Source: the human T2T-CHM13v2.0 reference genome, Homo sapiens
DNA length: 64,000 bases
Strand: one strand, 5' to 3'
Assembly: GCF_009914755.1 (NCBI RefSeq)
Contig: NC_060947.1
Shown piece by piece: positions 23,501-36,863 of this stretch. Each line of letters opens with the position of its first letter. Position 1 is the first letter of the stretch. The notes beneath the pieces are model-generated. The model was given only the letters and a program-made list of their open reading frames with translations, made no database searches and had not been told where the DNA came from. A program made the position numbers and the translations under genes.

Positions 23501-26500
23501 GTATTCTTTTTTTGTTTGTTGTTGCTTTTCTTCCTTACCCCCACTATTTTTTCTCTGTAGGACATGAGACTTTACAATCTGCTAAAAATGAGCTTTCCTA
23601 ATAACATGGGACCTACCCATCTAAGAATAAACCATTCTTGCTATATCAGGCAAAACCTGAGACCAGAGACTCATTTTTTTCTAAAATCCTGTCTCCAGAA
23701 TATTTTAAAACGAAAAGTGTGGGAAATGAGAAAGAAAAATAAATCTCAAGAACCTCAAATCCCTAAGCCAAAGGGAAAAGTCAAGCTGGGAACTACTTAT
23801 GGCAAATCGGTCTACCATTCTATTCCTAAATATTCCTAAAATAGATTCCTAAAATCTATTCCTAAAATAGATACCTGCTAAGATAAAAAAAAGGTACATA
23901 CCTCCTTCGCAATTTGTCTATAAGAAAATTCTTTGTGGACAAAGGACAGACAGAACTCAAAGTCATCCCTCTGCTCACTGAGATAAATGAATATCTGATC
24001 GCTTCTTTTGGAAAGACTAATCAGAAACTCAGAAGAATGCAACCCTTTTCCTCTTATCTACCGATTACCTGGAAGCCCCCTCCCTGCTTTGAGTTCTCCC
24101 GCCTTTCTGGACTGAACCAATGTACATCTTACATATATTGATTGATGTCTCATGTCTCCCTAAAATGTACAAAACCAAGCTGTTCCCAGACAACCTTGGA
24201 CACGTGTCATCAGGACCGACTGAGGCTGTTTCATGGGCACATTCTTAACCTTGGTAAATTAAGCTTTCTAAATTGACTGAGACCTGTCTCAGATATTTGA
24301 GGTTCACAGGCTTTTTCAGATTGTCTATTTTAGAGAGATCATACAGTATGTGCTTTTCTGTGTCTAGCTTACATTACTTAGCATAATGTTCTCCAGGCTC
24401 ATTCATGTTGTGGAAGATGGCAGAATTTTCTTCTTTTTAAATGCTGAATAATAATATTTTATTGTGTATGTGTGTATATGTATCCGTTCATCCATGCACA
24501 GGCACTTAGGTTGTTTCCATATCTTGGCTATTGTAAATAATGCTGTAATGAACATGGGAATTCAGATATCTCTTTCACATACTGATTTCATTGCCATTAA
24601 ATATTCACCTAAATGTAGAAATGCTGTGTCATATGGTAGTTGTATTTTTAACTTTTAGAGGAACCACCATACTGTTTTCCATAACAACATTACTAATTTA
24701 CATTCCAACCAGCAGTGTACAAGGGTTCCCTTTTCTCAACACCCTCACCAACAATTATTGTCTCTTGCCTCTTGATAACAGCCATCCCGACAGGTGTGGG
24801 GATATCTCATTGTGGTTTTGACTTGCAAATCCCTGATGATTAGCGATGCTGAATATCTTTTCATATAACTGTTGGTCGTTTTGATATCTTTTTTTGGAAA
24901 AGTGTCTATTCAGATTCTTTGCCCACTGATTAATTAGGCCATTTGAGATTTCTTTTTTGTAAATATTAAGTTATACAAGTTACTTTTACATTTTGCATAT
25001 TAATTCTTCATATTATATTATAATTTGAATATAATACACAGTATGTAAATATTTCATCCTGCTTCACAAGTTGCCTTTTTATTTTATTGATTATTTTCTT
25101 CGCTGTGCAGGAAGTGCAGCAAAGTCTCAGTTTGATGTAGTCTCAATATTTTTATTTTTGTTGCCTTTGCTTTAGCAGTCATATTAAAGTCATATTAAAG
25201 AAAAAAATCATTGCCAAGACCAATGTCAAGGAGCTTTTTCCTACTAGTTTTACAGTTTTAGATCTTATGTTTAAGTCCTTAATTAATTTCAAGTTAATTT
25301 TTGTGTATTGTGTAAGACAAGGCTCCAATTTCACTCTTTTGTATGAGGATATCGAGTTTTCCCAACACTATATATTAAAAAGATTCTCCTTTCCCCATTG
25401 TGTGTAATTCCTGGAAAAGATTAGTTGACCATACATGTGTGGGTTATGTAGGGGATTTCTATTCTCTTCCATTAGTCTATGTGCCTGTTTTTATGCCAGG
25501 ACCATGATGCTTTGATTACTAAAACTTTGTAGTAGATTTTAAACTCAGGTAGTGTGATGCCTCCAGCTTTGTTCCTCTTGCTCAAGATTGTTTTGGCTAT
25601 TTGAGGTCTTTCATAATTCCAGTAAATTTCAGCATTTTTTCTATTTCTGTAAAAAATGCCATTGAAATTTTGATAAGGATTGCATTTAATCTGTAGATCA
25701 CTTTTGTCAGACATTTTAGCAATATTAATAATTTCGATTCATGAACAAGAGAAATTTTTCCCTTCATTGTTGTCCCCTTCGATTGTTTTCATCCATGTTT
25801 TATAGTTTTCAGTGTACAGGGTCTTTTATCTCCTTGATTAAATTTATTCCTAAGTTTTTTATTTTTTGAGCTATTATAAATGGGATGCTTTTCTTAATTT
25901 CTTTTTTGAATAGTTTGTTGCTTGTGTATAGATATGCTACTGATTTTTGTATGTTGATTTTGTATCCTGAAATGTTACTGAATTTCTTCATTGGTTCTAA
26001 TACTTTTGGGGGGAAGTCTTTAGGGTTTTCTACGTGTAAGATCATTTTGTCTGCAACCAGAGACAATTTCACTTCAATGCCTTTCTTATTTCAGTGTCTT
26101 TTATTCTTTTCTCTTGCCCAATTGTTCTGGCTAGGACTTCCAATACTTTCAGTACTCTGTTGAATAGAAGTGAAAGCAAGCCTCCTTGTCTTGTTCCTGA
26201 TATAAGAAGAAAACCTTTCAGCTTTCAACATCGATCATGATGGTAGTTATCGGCTTGTCATACATGGCTTTTATTATACTGAAGTACATTTTTTCTGTAC
26301 CTAGTTTGTTGAGCATTTTTCATGACAGGATCTTGAATTTTGTCAAATGTTTTTATGCATCTTTTCGGATCATCATAGGACTTCATCTTCTATTCTGTTC
26401 ATTATATCACATTCATAGATTTATATATATTGAAATTTCATTGCATCTAAGGAATAAATCCCATTTGATCATGGTGCATGATCCTTTTAATGTGCTGTTG

Positions 26501-27319
26501 AATTTTGTTAGTATTTCGTTTAGAATTTTTACATCTAAGTTCATCAAGGATATTAGTCTGTAAATTTTTTCTTGCAGTGTCCTTGTCTGGTTTTAGTATG
26601 AAGGTAATGCTAGCCTCATAAAATGAGTTTGGGCATGTCCCCACCTCTTTAACTTTTTAGAATAGTTTCAGAAGGAAAATACAGTGTGTTTGTAACAAAG
26701 ACTGGAAACCAGACACCCGAGTGAATGGCTTCAGATACAGTCTGTGTAAGGGAACATAAAACTTGGTTTGAGACAGCCTTAAATCAGTGCGATTCATGCC
26801 TGAGTGCCTGAGTCTGTCTCTCTAGTGACAGAAGCCCTGTATTATTCAAATATGTATCCTCTTCTTCTCCAGTACCTTGTTCAGTGTCTTGCAAATAGTT
26901 GATGTCCACCGGATGATCTTACAAATGAATTGGTTTGAATACAAAGTACAAAGTTTGGAACTGTGGTAAGTTAGTTTCATAGCTCCTATTTTGTTTTTTC
27001 TAGATTCACCCTCCTGAAAATTGTCTTGTGTATGAGGTCAAATCTAAAAATAATTTTTAAGAAATTTAAATTACCTCTTAGGTGATACTTTAGCTCATCT
27101 CTTATACCTTTCTGTGCTTTTAAAAGCAGATAACTTAGGTAAAGCTCTTAGCACAATTCCTAGAATATGCCAAGCACTCAATAAAATGGCAACTGTTATC
27201 ATTAACATCAGGTTTCACTGTGATCTCTCATTGATATTCTCCTTTTGGATATTTTTCCTGTCTAGTGTTGGTGTTTCTAATGCTATGATTTCTACTGCTG
27301 TGCCTTATCTTCTCTAATT

Positions 27320-27540
27320 TCATTCATTCACATTACTTTTACCAGACACTGAAACATACTCTATATGTATTACCTCATTACTCCTCATTAAAAATGGGGT
27401 TTGGTATATTTGTTCTACAAATGAGAAAACCAAGACCCATAATTTAAGTATCTTGTCTAAGATCACACAGCTTTAAATGACAGAACTGGAATTCAAAACC
27501 AAGTCTGCCCAACTACAAAGCGTAGGCTATCCACAGCACT
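27320..27540 (-). mobile_element. MIR
   Basis: ttctacaaatgagaaaaccaagaccc...cttgtctaagatcacacagct...cagaactggaattcaaaaccaagtctg. Confidence 0.75.
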
Positions 27541-27641
27541 AATAACTGAATTTTCCTTTTCTTTAAAGAGAAATTACTATCATTATTAGCTCATTAGTTA
27601 CATAACATGGAGTAGACATTTAAGGTTGGAAGGAATATAGT

Positions 27642-28165
<524 letters not shown>

Positions 28166-28414
28166 TTTGGTTCATAAGGAAATAAGGTTAGAGGAGGCTA
28201 ATGGCTTATCCAATGTAATAGAACTAGTTTGTGGCAGAGATGGAAACATAACCCAGGTTTTCTGGCCCCCAATATATAATGTAAAAGCTGTTGCTACCTC
28301 CTCCCTTATTTGGATAGAAATCAGAGGGAGAGTGGGAGAGAGTTCATGAAGTGTGTAATAATACAGAGCATCATAGATTCTGCATTGTAAGAAAAGTTGA
28401 ATATCTTATCTAGT

Positions 28415-28580
28415 ATTTCCCAACAGTAGCTTCATATAAGACTCACCTGAGGCAACTGTGAAAATTAACATTTTCCTGGACCATCTACTGAATGAGACAC
28501 TCCAGGTGAATCTGCATGCTTAATATGAATCTCTGCATGTTGTTATACAGCCACAGATTCTCATTCAGAAATCGCTTTAT
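28415..28580. mobile_element. Degenerate MER5-like element
   Basis: cataagactcacctgagg...catctactgaatgaga...aatctgcatg...tcagaaatcgct. Confidence 0.45.
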
Positions 28581-28868
28581 GTAGCCCAATTTTGTATTCC
28601 ATGTGTGAAACCTCTCCACATAATTCATGCTTTTATCCTGTATGTGTTTAACTCTAACCTCTAAGCTTTAAACAGTTCATTCCCTTAAGTCATTTTTTTG
28701 TGTAAGGTTTGCACATTACAATGTGAAACAAGTTTCCAGAAACTAATGACTTACAGTATTAAATATATATATATACAAATTATGTTGGTATGATAAAAGA
28801 ACTTTTGTTCTTGGGGACTTTATAGTCACTGTCTTCTTTGGGATGCAGGAAAGGATTATCAGAAAATT

Positions 28869-28909
28869 TGTGTGTGTGTGTGTATGTGTGTGTGTGTGTG
28901 TGTGTGTGT
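28869..28909. repeat. (TG)n microsatellite, about 20 units with one interruption
   Basis: tgtgtgtgtgtgtgtatgtgtgtgtg... Confidence 0.97.
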
Positions 28910-29749
28910 ACAGAATGGGAGAAAGGGTAGCCTCAAGAATATCCTCATTTCAGGGCTCTGGGAGGAGCTTGGAGTGCTCAGGGGATGCCCCGCTTTGGCA
29001 CTAAGTGTGAAGGCAGGGAATGTCCCGCTGAAAGAAGCCAGCCGTGATCACTGGCAGGGAGAGCAATAAAAACAGAGACTTTGTTCTCAAAAGCTTGCTG
29101 AAAGTATAACATTGGACCATTGAGACAGCTCAGTCTCTCACACACACTCCCACTGGGCTTTGCCAAGGTGCAGGAAGGCCTTGCTCAGCCTAGCACACAG
29201 AGAATTGCTCCCTCTGAAAGGAACCAAGTAGCTCGCAGACAGTAATAAAGTTCTTGAAAGAGTGTGCCAAAGGAAAGTTTTTAATCTTTAATTTGTTTAC
29301 AACTTAAATCCAGGGTTTATCAGCAAATATGATTTGGAGGCACTCAGGATTAAGTGGGTATTTTTTTTCTTTCAAAGTCATACGAAGCTCGAAGGATACC
29401 AGCAGCTCCAAGAATATCATTTTCTCTGGAATTCTTGACTCTGGAAAAGATATCAATGAAAGACATCATAGTTATAAAGCTGTAACCTATAGCCATGAAA
29501 GAAGGCTTCCAAAATACTCCTGGTGGTTAGGAGAGCTATGCACATGACCGTTGTGGCAAATAGTATGAATTTAACTCTGGAGTCCCTAAATCCCTAGTTT
29601 TCGAGATAGTCTAATTATTGAATAAATGAATGTATGATCTAATGAATGAATGGATGGAAAATAGTCACCTGCCTGATGATAGTGCCTGAAAAGCAACCAA
29701 TAAGAAACAACACATCCAAAATCTTCACAAGGAGGAGAAATTATTGATT

Positions 29750-30410
29750 CTTTCATTTATTCATCAAAAGTTTACCAAGCACTTACTATGAACCAGATTC
29801 TGTGATGACCACTGGGAGTATCTGTCTCAGTAGTTCTCAGACTTGAATGTGCATCAGAAATACTTGAAGGGCTCATTAAAACAGATTGCTGGCCCCACCC
29901 CTAAAGTCTCTGACTTATTAAGTCTGGAGGGATGCTCAAGAGTATCCATTCCTAACAATTGCCCAAGAGATGCTGATAGGCAAGGGACCAGACTTCTAGA
30001 ACGGCAGGTTGTTCATACGGGAAGGAACATGTAAATGTTTATAATGCATAGTAATAAGTGGTAAGTGCCATGAAGTGTGTTGGGAGAGCACAGAAGAGGG
30101 GCACTTTATTCAGCTTTGGGATGAGGGGACAAGGGGAAGAGGTCACCAAAGGCTTTCCAGAAGTGGTGACACCTCAGGTGAGTCTTGGAAGTTGAGTGAG
30201 AGTTCCCATCAGGGGAGGAAGAATTGAGAAGATACTCTGGATGGAAGAAATAGCATGTATGAAAACAGAGAGGTGAGAAGTAGCATGGTGATTTTAGAGA
30301 ACTGCAAGTAATTTTTGGCAAGAGTTGGAGTGGATAACAAGTTTCCACTTATAACATCTAGTACAGGCTTGCCACAAAAGAGGCACTGAATAATGTGTAA
30401 ATGAATGAAA
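29750..30410 (-). mobile_element. L2 remnant containing a MER5A
   Basis: ttcatttattcatcaaaagtttaccaagcacttactatg; aaggctttccagaagtggtgacacctcaggtgagtcttg. Confidence 0.65.
29828..30007. mobile_element. MER5A hAT-Charlie MITE
   Basis: cagtagttctcagacttgaatgtgcatcagaa...aaaacagattgctggccccacccc...gggaccagacttctagaac. Confidence 0.85.
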
Positions 30411-30714
30411 TGTTATAGCACTATGCTAGGGACTATGGGAACTCCAGGATAACATGTGGTCCTAGGCTCAACCCTCGAGAAGCTGTCAAAACTGTTTTGG
30501 GGAGGAGACATGGTGCTTTCAAAGTGAAGCAGTAATTCCCCAGAGACCACAATGTGGTAGACAGCAGCCAGGGAGGCTGCCTGGATCACAGTGATTTCTT
30601 CTCTCTTCTGGAAATGATACTTAGCCTAAGGTTTGCAGACAGAGTTTAGGTTAAGTGATTCTACCTCATGCCATCCCAGAGTTTTCTGGAGATAGGTATC
30701 TGAAGCAAGTAGGT

Positions 30715-31078
30715 AAATCAGAGTACTTCCCTACAATTATTTGAAATGAAATGGAGAAGAAAATCTGAAACCTCCTCTAGTGAACAGCCTGTGGGTATAT
30801 AAACAGCACAGGAACTGTTTGTCACCATGTCTCCCAGAAGAAGCTGAGAGAAAGAAGGTTCTATGCCAATGGAAGCAAAGATGAGAGAGGGACAGAGCAC
30901 TGGCAGCACTCTGAGTCTGAGTCTCTGATTCCAAATGTCCCTAAGGCCCAGCTGCCCTTGATCTTCCCACCTTTTCTTAGTAGATTAAATTCCTCAAGGG
31001 CCTTCCGGTAAATTTCCCTTTTGGCCTCAGCCAGATCAAATTGAATTTCTGTCACTTGCAATCAAATCAGCTGTGACT
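30715..31078 (+). mobile_element. Degenerate ERVL LTR (LTR33-like)
   Basis: aaatttccctttttggcctcagccagatcaaattgaatttctgtcacttgcaatcaaa 3' end. Confidence 0.55.
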
Positions 31079-31654
31079 GCTATAGTCAGCAATCACTCAG
31101 GATTCAATGCATGAAAACGACACTGAAAGGACCTATAATCCATGTGCTAAACCTGTAGTAGAAGTGGCGTGGGTGCAGTGGGACTTGAGCTAGCATCGGG
31201 ACACCTGGGCAGGACTCGGCCAAAGAAAAGTGAATGGAGGCCCTACCAAATAAAGAGAATAGCTTAAAAGAAAGTGCTGTGTTAGAAATAAACATGGTTT
31301 CCAATGCTGGGGGATAGGCCTGCCGGCTGGACAATGGCTTCTTTCTGGGGTAAGTATGAAGAAGCATCAGATATGAAGGAGCTTGCATGCTAGGCTCAGA
31401 CGATTGGACTTTCACTTGAAAGTCTGGAAGGACAAACGGAAGAAAGTGGTGTTTTTCAAGAGCATGAATCTCATGACAGTTTTTTTTTTTTTTTCCTGGG
31501 GAGAGTTCTCTCTCAGTCTCTCTTTCTTTCTGAGAAGAGGTGTTCTTACAGAGAATGCTCATCGCCAGACTTCTCAGGAATTGCTAGGAACTGGGTGTGG
31601 GCAGCAGGGCTCACCCTGAGACAGTTTACCCTAACCCAGAGGAGCCGAGAATGG

Positions 31655-31900
31655 CAGTGTGGAACATGGCCACAGAGAGCATAGCAGCCGCCAGGTGAGG
31701 TAGTGGGCAGAGCACTGGGCTGGGATTCAGAAGCTCTGTCCTTACACAAGTCACTTGCCTCATTGAACCACACTTTTCTAATCTGTAATATGGGAATAGT
31801 AATCCCCACTTTGTTTTTCTCACAGAGTGGCCATACAGAGAATTAAGATCATATGTATGTAAGAACTTTCTGCATTGCAAAGAATTGGCAAAAGGTTGTG
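31655..31900 (+). mobile_element. MIR
   Basis: agagcactgggctgggattcagaag...caagtcacttgcctc...atctgtaatatgggaatagtaat. Confidence 0.75.
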
Positions 31901-31919
31901 AATACTGCAGCGTGATTTA

Positions 31920-34000
31920 ACTGTTTATTTCAGAAAATCTGTGACAGAGCTTGCCTAAGTCATCACTAGTAGCGTACTTTTATTGGATGGGTGTGGTATT
32001 TCCCAAGCAGCCATCTCAGTTTAGGGAGACTGCTTTCCACTACATTTTCTGGGCAGGCCCATCTTTGTAAGGCTTTTCTCTTTTTTTAGATCAGACATGC
32101 TGCAATTACAAATTACTTTCAAGACATTTTAAATCAACTGGGAAAGTATGCACGTGCCCTGGTCCATGGAGACCACGTTTGCTCATCATGTTGTCTCCTC
32201 ATTATTAATCCTGTCCCAAGATCCCTTTCTTTAAGCATCTCCTTCTCTTTTATGGGAGGGAGCCCTGTCTCACAACCAACAATACGTTTCCCGGAGCCAT
32301 TCATCTTTTCTTTCACGCATACCACATTTAACATTCTCTCATGTCTCCGTCAGAAGAGTGCACTCACTGCAAATCCACTGGGTCCAGGCCTGATGCTGGG
32401 AGCAGGGCACACCTGTCTGGCACTGCCAACTCTGCCCTGATTTATTCAGAGATGGAGCTGAATGCCCTGAACGTCTTCAGCCCTGGGAAGTCCTTGTCAA
32501 CGCTGTGATCTATATATGCCTTCAGGGAAACAGTCAAGAGACCAATCCAAATCAGGTGTCTTCCTTCATACGGATGACGGGAGAGCGGTGCTCAAGCTAC
32601 AGGATGGCTACAGTACCTTTGAGTGTTACGGGAATGTATGGAGTTCTGTTGCTACCACAGTTTACTTTCTGCATATTTCTCTACACTGTGTCATTGGCAA
32701 GGTTTCCGACTTTGTCATGCTCTTCAAGCTTTACAGCGTGTAATAGAAGAGACATTTCAATTGTAATGTAAAAAAGATACTTTGTCGCTTTTATCTTCAC
32801 TGATTCAAGTCAACACATGTCCATGTCCAGAAACTTTTCTATTATCGAGCCTGCATTTTAATAGGATGACTCCGAAAAGTACCCATTTTCCTAATTATTT
32901 CAGAATTACGTGGACAGTAATTACCATCTTCCATTAGCAGCACTAGTGGTGGTTAGGACAAAATTCAAATGCATCCAGCAAGTGCTTTACACTAATATGT
33001 CTGCTTCATTAACTTCAATCAAAAGACAGCAGTGGCTCCTCATAGCAGTAACTTTGCTTTGATACATTCTCATCAAATATTGATCTGAATAGTGTGTAGG
33101 AGTTCTCTGTCAGGCTGTGTGAAATTTATTTACTGAATATATTATTTCTATCCCCAAACTGCCAGTTGCTATCTCAGAAAATGTTTTTTTCATGTTAAAA
33201 GTTTATTAACATTAAGAAATCACTAAATTTTTGGCCATTAAAACGTGTTCAGAAAAAGGTTTTTAGTGCAAAATCTGCAACAGGAAAGGAGAGGATTCAA
33301 AATTTTATCAGATGATAGATAGGTTTGCTTTTCCAGTTGGTCCGAATAATTTGTTTCCCAGAGAACCAAATCTGCGCAATCGTGACTGGCAGTGCTCCCT
33401 TCCCCCAAACAGGTTTACCCAAATGTAACTGGTGTGGCTTGCGATTAAACAGATATTTTGTTGAACTCCGTTTCTTATTTTTTTTTTGAAACTTTTTAAC
33501 AGAGATACAGGTTTCTGGTATTCGAAACTTCACAGATTCAGGAAAGAGAGAGAAATTCTCTTCTAAATGTATGCGTCATTTCACATGGACTCTTCAGTTG
33601 CAGCTGAGGCCTGTGAGGGTGGCAGAGCAGTGAACAGAATACAGAGCAGGAAAGAGAGCCTGGCCGAAGAGTTCTGAAGGAGGAGATAGGCAAGGTTATT
33701 AAATAGGTTCTGACAGTCCCGTAGAACCAGCAAGAGACAAAGCACCGGGCATGAAATGGGAATTAGAAGGCCATTTAGCAATCCAAAATGGCAACCCTAT
33801 CAGCAACTGAAAGCTAGCAGGGAAAGAAAAATCCAGAAGTTGTTTTCTATCTGATTTCACTGGAGATTTAAAAGTGAAGTTGCAAGAGAGTACAAAGGAA
33901 GGTTGCTTGTGATGCGGGGGTAGAAAACACAAGTGAGACAAGCCATTTTCCCAGAAATGAGGCAAAGAATTTCCGTTAAATGCAGTGTGTTGTGACTGAA
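31920..34000. promoter_or_regulatory. Candidate conserved non-coding / enhancer-like block
   Basis: About 2 kb with no repeat I recognise, visible CpG retention, clustered TAAT/ATTA, GATA, C/EBP-like and PBX/TALE-like words; function is inferred only. Confidence 0.45.
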
Positions 34001-34539
34001 TGGAGAGCCAATTGACTCCAAATCGTTTGGTGTGTTGGGATCACAAACCTTGAGATGGCCTGGAATTCTTTGACAAATATTTACTGGTCACCTACGTTAG
34101 GCTTTTGTTCTAGATGATGATGAGCAAAACATGATTTCAATATTGTGCCTGTTGTCTGTGACCATTGCTGTGTTCATCCCAGTTGCCTGTGACAGTCATG
34201 ATCAACAAGTCTGCACCATGACCTTCTCATCTCCATATCCAGTGCCCAAGTTATTCCTTTCCCCAACTGCAGGGTGAGATGTGCCTGGACACGGTCTGCC
34301 ACTGTGGCAGTTGCCCCTCAATAAACATAATTGAGAAGCTGAGGGCACACAGGGCCAGAGGCTGTTGTCAGACTCCAAATCTAAGACTGGCCCAGGTTCC
34401 AGATGCAACTCAAAAGGGCCATTTCGAAGAAAAGAGTCCTGTGTGAGTATTCTCAATCACATATAGACAGGGTCTGCCTCAGGGACTGCTTCTCCAATTG
34501 TAAAAGGATATGAACGGAATCGTACACCCTTAAGTTTTA

Positions 34540-35050
34540 CACATGCATAAAGAGCTTTATACACAAAAACCCATGTCCAAATATCATCACACTTATTGTC
34601 CAGAGTGAGTGATGTGACTCCTACATTGCAGGCTGGAAACATCAGCTCCAAATGTTAAGTGACTTTCCCAAGGTCATACAACTGGTGACTATCAGAATCA
34701 AAACTCAAACACTGATTTTCTAATTACCGACCATTCACTGTTTTTATTATCACACGTTACATGTCTGCCCAATATTTATGCTTTATAATTCAAATGTGTA
34801 TCACAGAGGTATAATAACATACTCTTACCTATTTACATATGTCAATAGGCCTAATATGTCTATGCAGCTATTTAGTAATTAACAGAGTGATTGTTATTGC
34901 TATTGAATGATTACTCTGTAGCAGGCACCATATTAAATATTTTAAGGTTTTTTCTTTTTTAATCCTCAACAACCCTATGAGATATGTACTCTAACATATA
35001 AGGAAATTGAGACTCAGAAGGTTACATACCTGATTCAAAGTTACATAACG
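34540..35050 (-). mobile_element. Two MIR fragments
   Basis: gttaagtgactttcccaaggtcatacaactggt; tttaatcctcaacaaccctatgag...aggaaattgagactcagaaggtta. Confidence 0.75.
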
Positions 35051-36863
35051 TATATGAAAGGTCATGTTCTTTCTATGAGGTACTACTTACTTCATTTCTC
35101 TGATGCACACGTGCACTTGTTCTCTTTCTCTTTCTCCTCCTTTCTCTCCCTCTCTGCCTCTCTTTTGATCGTTGTCTCTCTGTCTGTGAATGCGTGCAAG
35201 TCTCTCTCATTGTCATGTAGACAATGTGCAACTCTGCTCTATAATCTAATTAAATAGTCAAATGAGATGTCATCCAATGTAGTGGATAGGCAAACACAGG
35301 ATAAACAAGAGTAACAGTGGTCTCTTTGGCCCTTTTAGTTATTGAGCTGAAGTCACCCCTCCTGGGTTTTGCTTGGCCTTTCTGAAAAAGGTCTTCCTCA
35401 AGAAAAAAATTTGAGAAAAAAAAAAAAAAACTTGAAGAAGACACAGATATTTTGCTGGCTTGATAAGAAGTAGTTTGCTTCAGAGTTGTGGAGAATGATG
35501 TATTCAAAAGTGGGTAGACAAGCAAAGGCTGACAATGGGAGCTATATATTTGTCTAGAGAGTAGAGAATTTTTAGAAAGTACAAGAAATGACTATAATAA
35601 AATATTACTAGTGATTCAGTATAGAATTGTGACGTATTTTGTAGAAAATTAAATAAGAAACATAGCTTGTTACCTTGCTATTACTTTAGAATTACACCAA
35701 GACTCTCCTGAAGGTTTATGATTATAAATCCAAAAGATCATTATACTGCATTAGGGTGGATAATTACTGACCTGATTTGGATCAAGGTGAATTCAACTTC
35801 TTTTCATCAAAGTGTAATTATTCTTTATTCAAGCCCTTTCCAGATCAACATTCTCTTTGATGGAAGGGGAAAATAACACATTCTTTCTAATACAGTATGT
35901 ATATTTATTAAGTATCATAGATCCTTAATTGTAAACTGATTTTCTACTTTCCTGGGGTCACTGGAGGATTGCACTCCAGAACTGAACAATGCCTTAATGA
36001 ATGTAATTTGGTGGCTCCACTTGCTAATGTGACTTGTTCCTACTGTTTATTTCACTTCAAAATTGGACGTGATCAGATATGGAAGCATAATTACACTGTG
36101 TAGAAATAAGATCCAAGATTTCCAGACCTGACAGAAGAAAGCATGTGGGCATGTAATTAAGAGAGAGGAAAAAAGTTGACCTACTTTTTGAGTTTCAGAG
36201 ATCAACCTGTACATCTGACTATGGATCAATTCATCCCCTTGTCTATTGTTCTTCTAATAATCCTGACCTCATTTTTTATTGTTTGTACTAATGAAATAAT
36301 TTGTAGTCTAATTCTGTTGATTTAGAACTCCAAACAAATGAGAGATTTGGAAGTGTCAATTAGGCAATCTGTGGAATTCCTTTCACAAAGATTGCTTTGT
36401 TAGCCTCATTTTGTATTCAGTATGTGAAATTAATTTGGGGGCAGGGGTAATGGGAAGGAATCATGCCAGTTACAAGGTCATTGCAAGGGATGATTCAAAT
36501 TAGAAACTGTCACATGCAACACATGATAACTGGGTGTCTTCTTCACTTAAAAGAACTATCAATATTAAAATTAATCATCTGGGAACAGTCAAAATCGTAA
36601 TGGCCCTCCTCTTTTAAAGAATAAAGGTGATTTTATGCAAATGGTGGTAAAAGAAAGAAAGAAAAAGAAGAAAGATGAGATTTCTTAACTCTGCATTCAA
36701 GGGTCTGGTTTAACTTCCAGGAAAGGAGCAATTTGGTGGAAGTAATTTGTCTGTAAGGTCTATAGAACATTCACGTGGAAATATCCACTAGGCTATTACG
36801 GACCTGAGGTCCTGGAGAGATGTCTGGACTAGAGACCTATTTGAGAACCATTTGCGTAAAAGG

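Larger units (their letters stand above)
19504..24308 (+). mobile_element. MER4A-type ERV1 provirus: LTR 19504-20055, MER4-int, LTR 23727-24308
   Basis: Paired LTRs (tg...agtcaagctgggaact...gagacctgtctcagatattt..ggttcaca); PBS after the 5' LTR; purine-rich tract before the 3' LTR; no gag/pol/env ORF recognised. Confidence 0.92.
19135..26676 (-). mobile_element. 5'-truncated L1MA (MA8-10-like), interrupted in its 3' UTR by the MER4 provirus
   Basis: 3' end tacacattgtgaaatgattgccacagtcaagctaattaac; minus-strand ORF2 remnants (25472-25714 [15 protein letters not shown], 25809-26072, 26447-26644). Confidence 0.9.

Noticed and set aside
25005-25200. Small hairpin and an 11-bp duplication (agtcatattaa x2) in L1MA
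   Set aside because: Short and AT-rich; ordinary slippage-level changes in a decayed L1.
31685-31706. CTCF-like ccgccaggtg
   Set aside because: Lacks the GGC/GGCG continuation of the motif and lies in a MIR; insufficient support.
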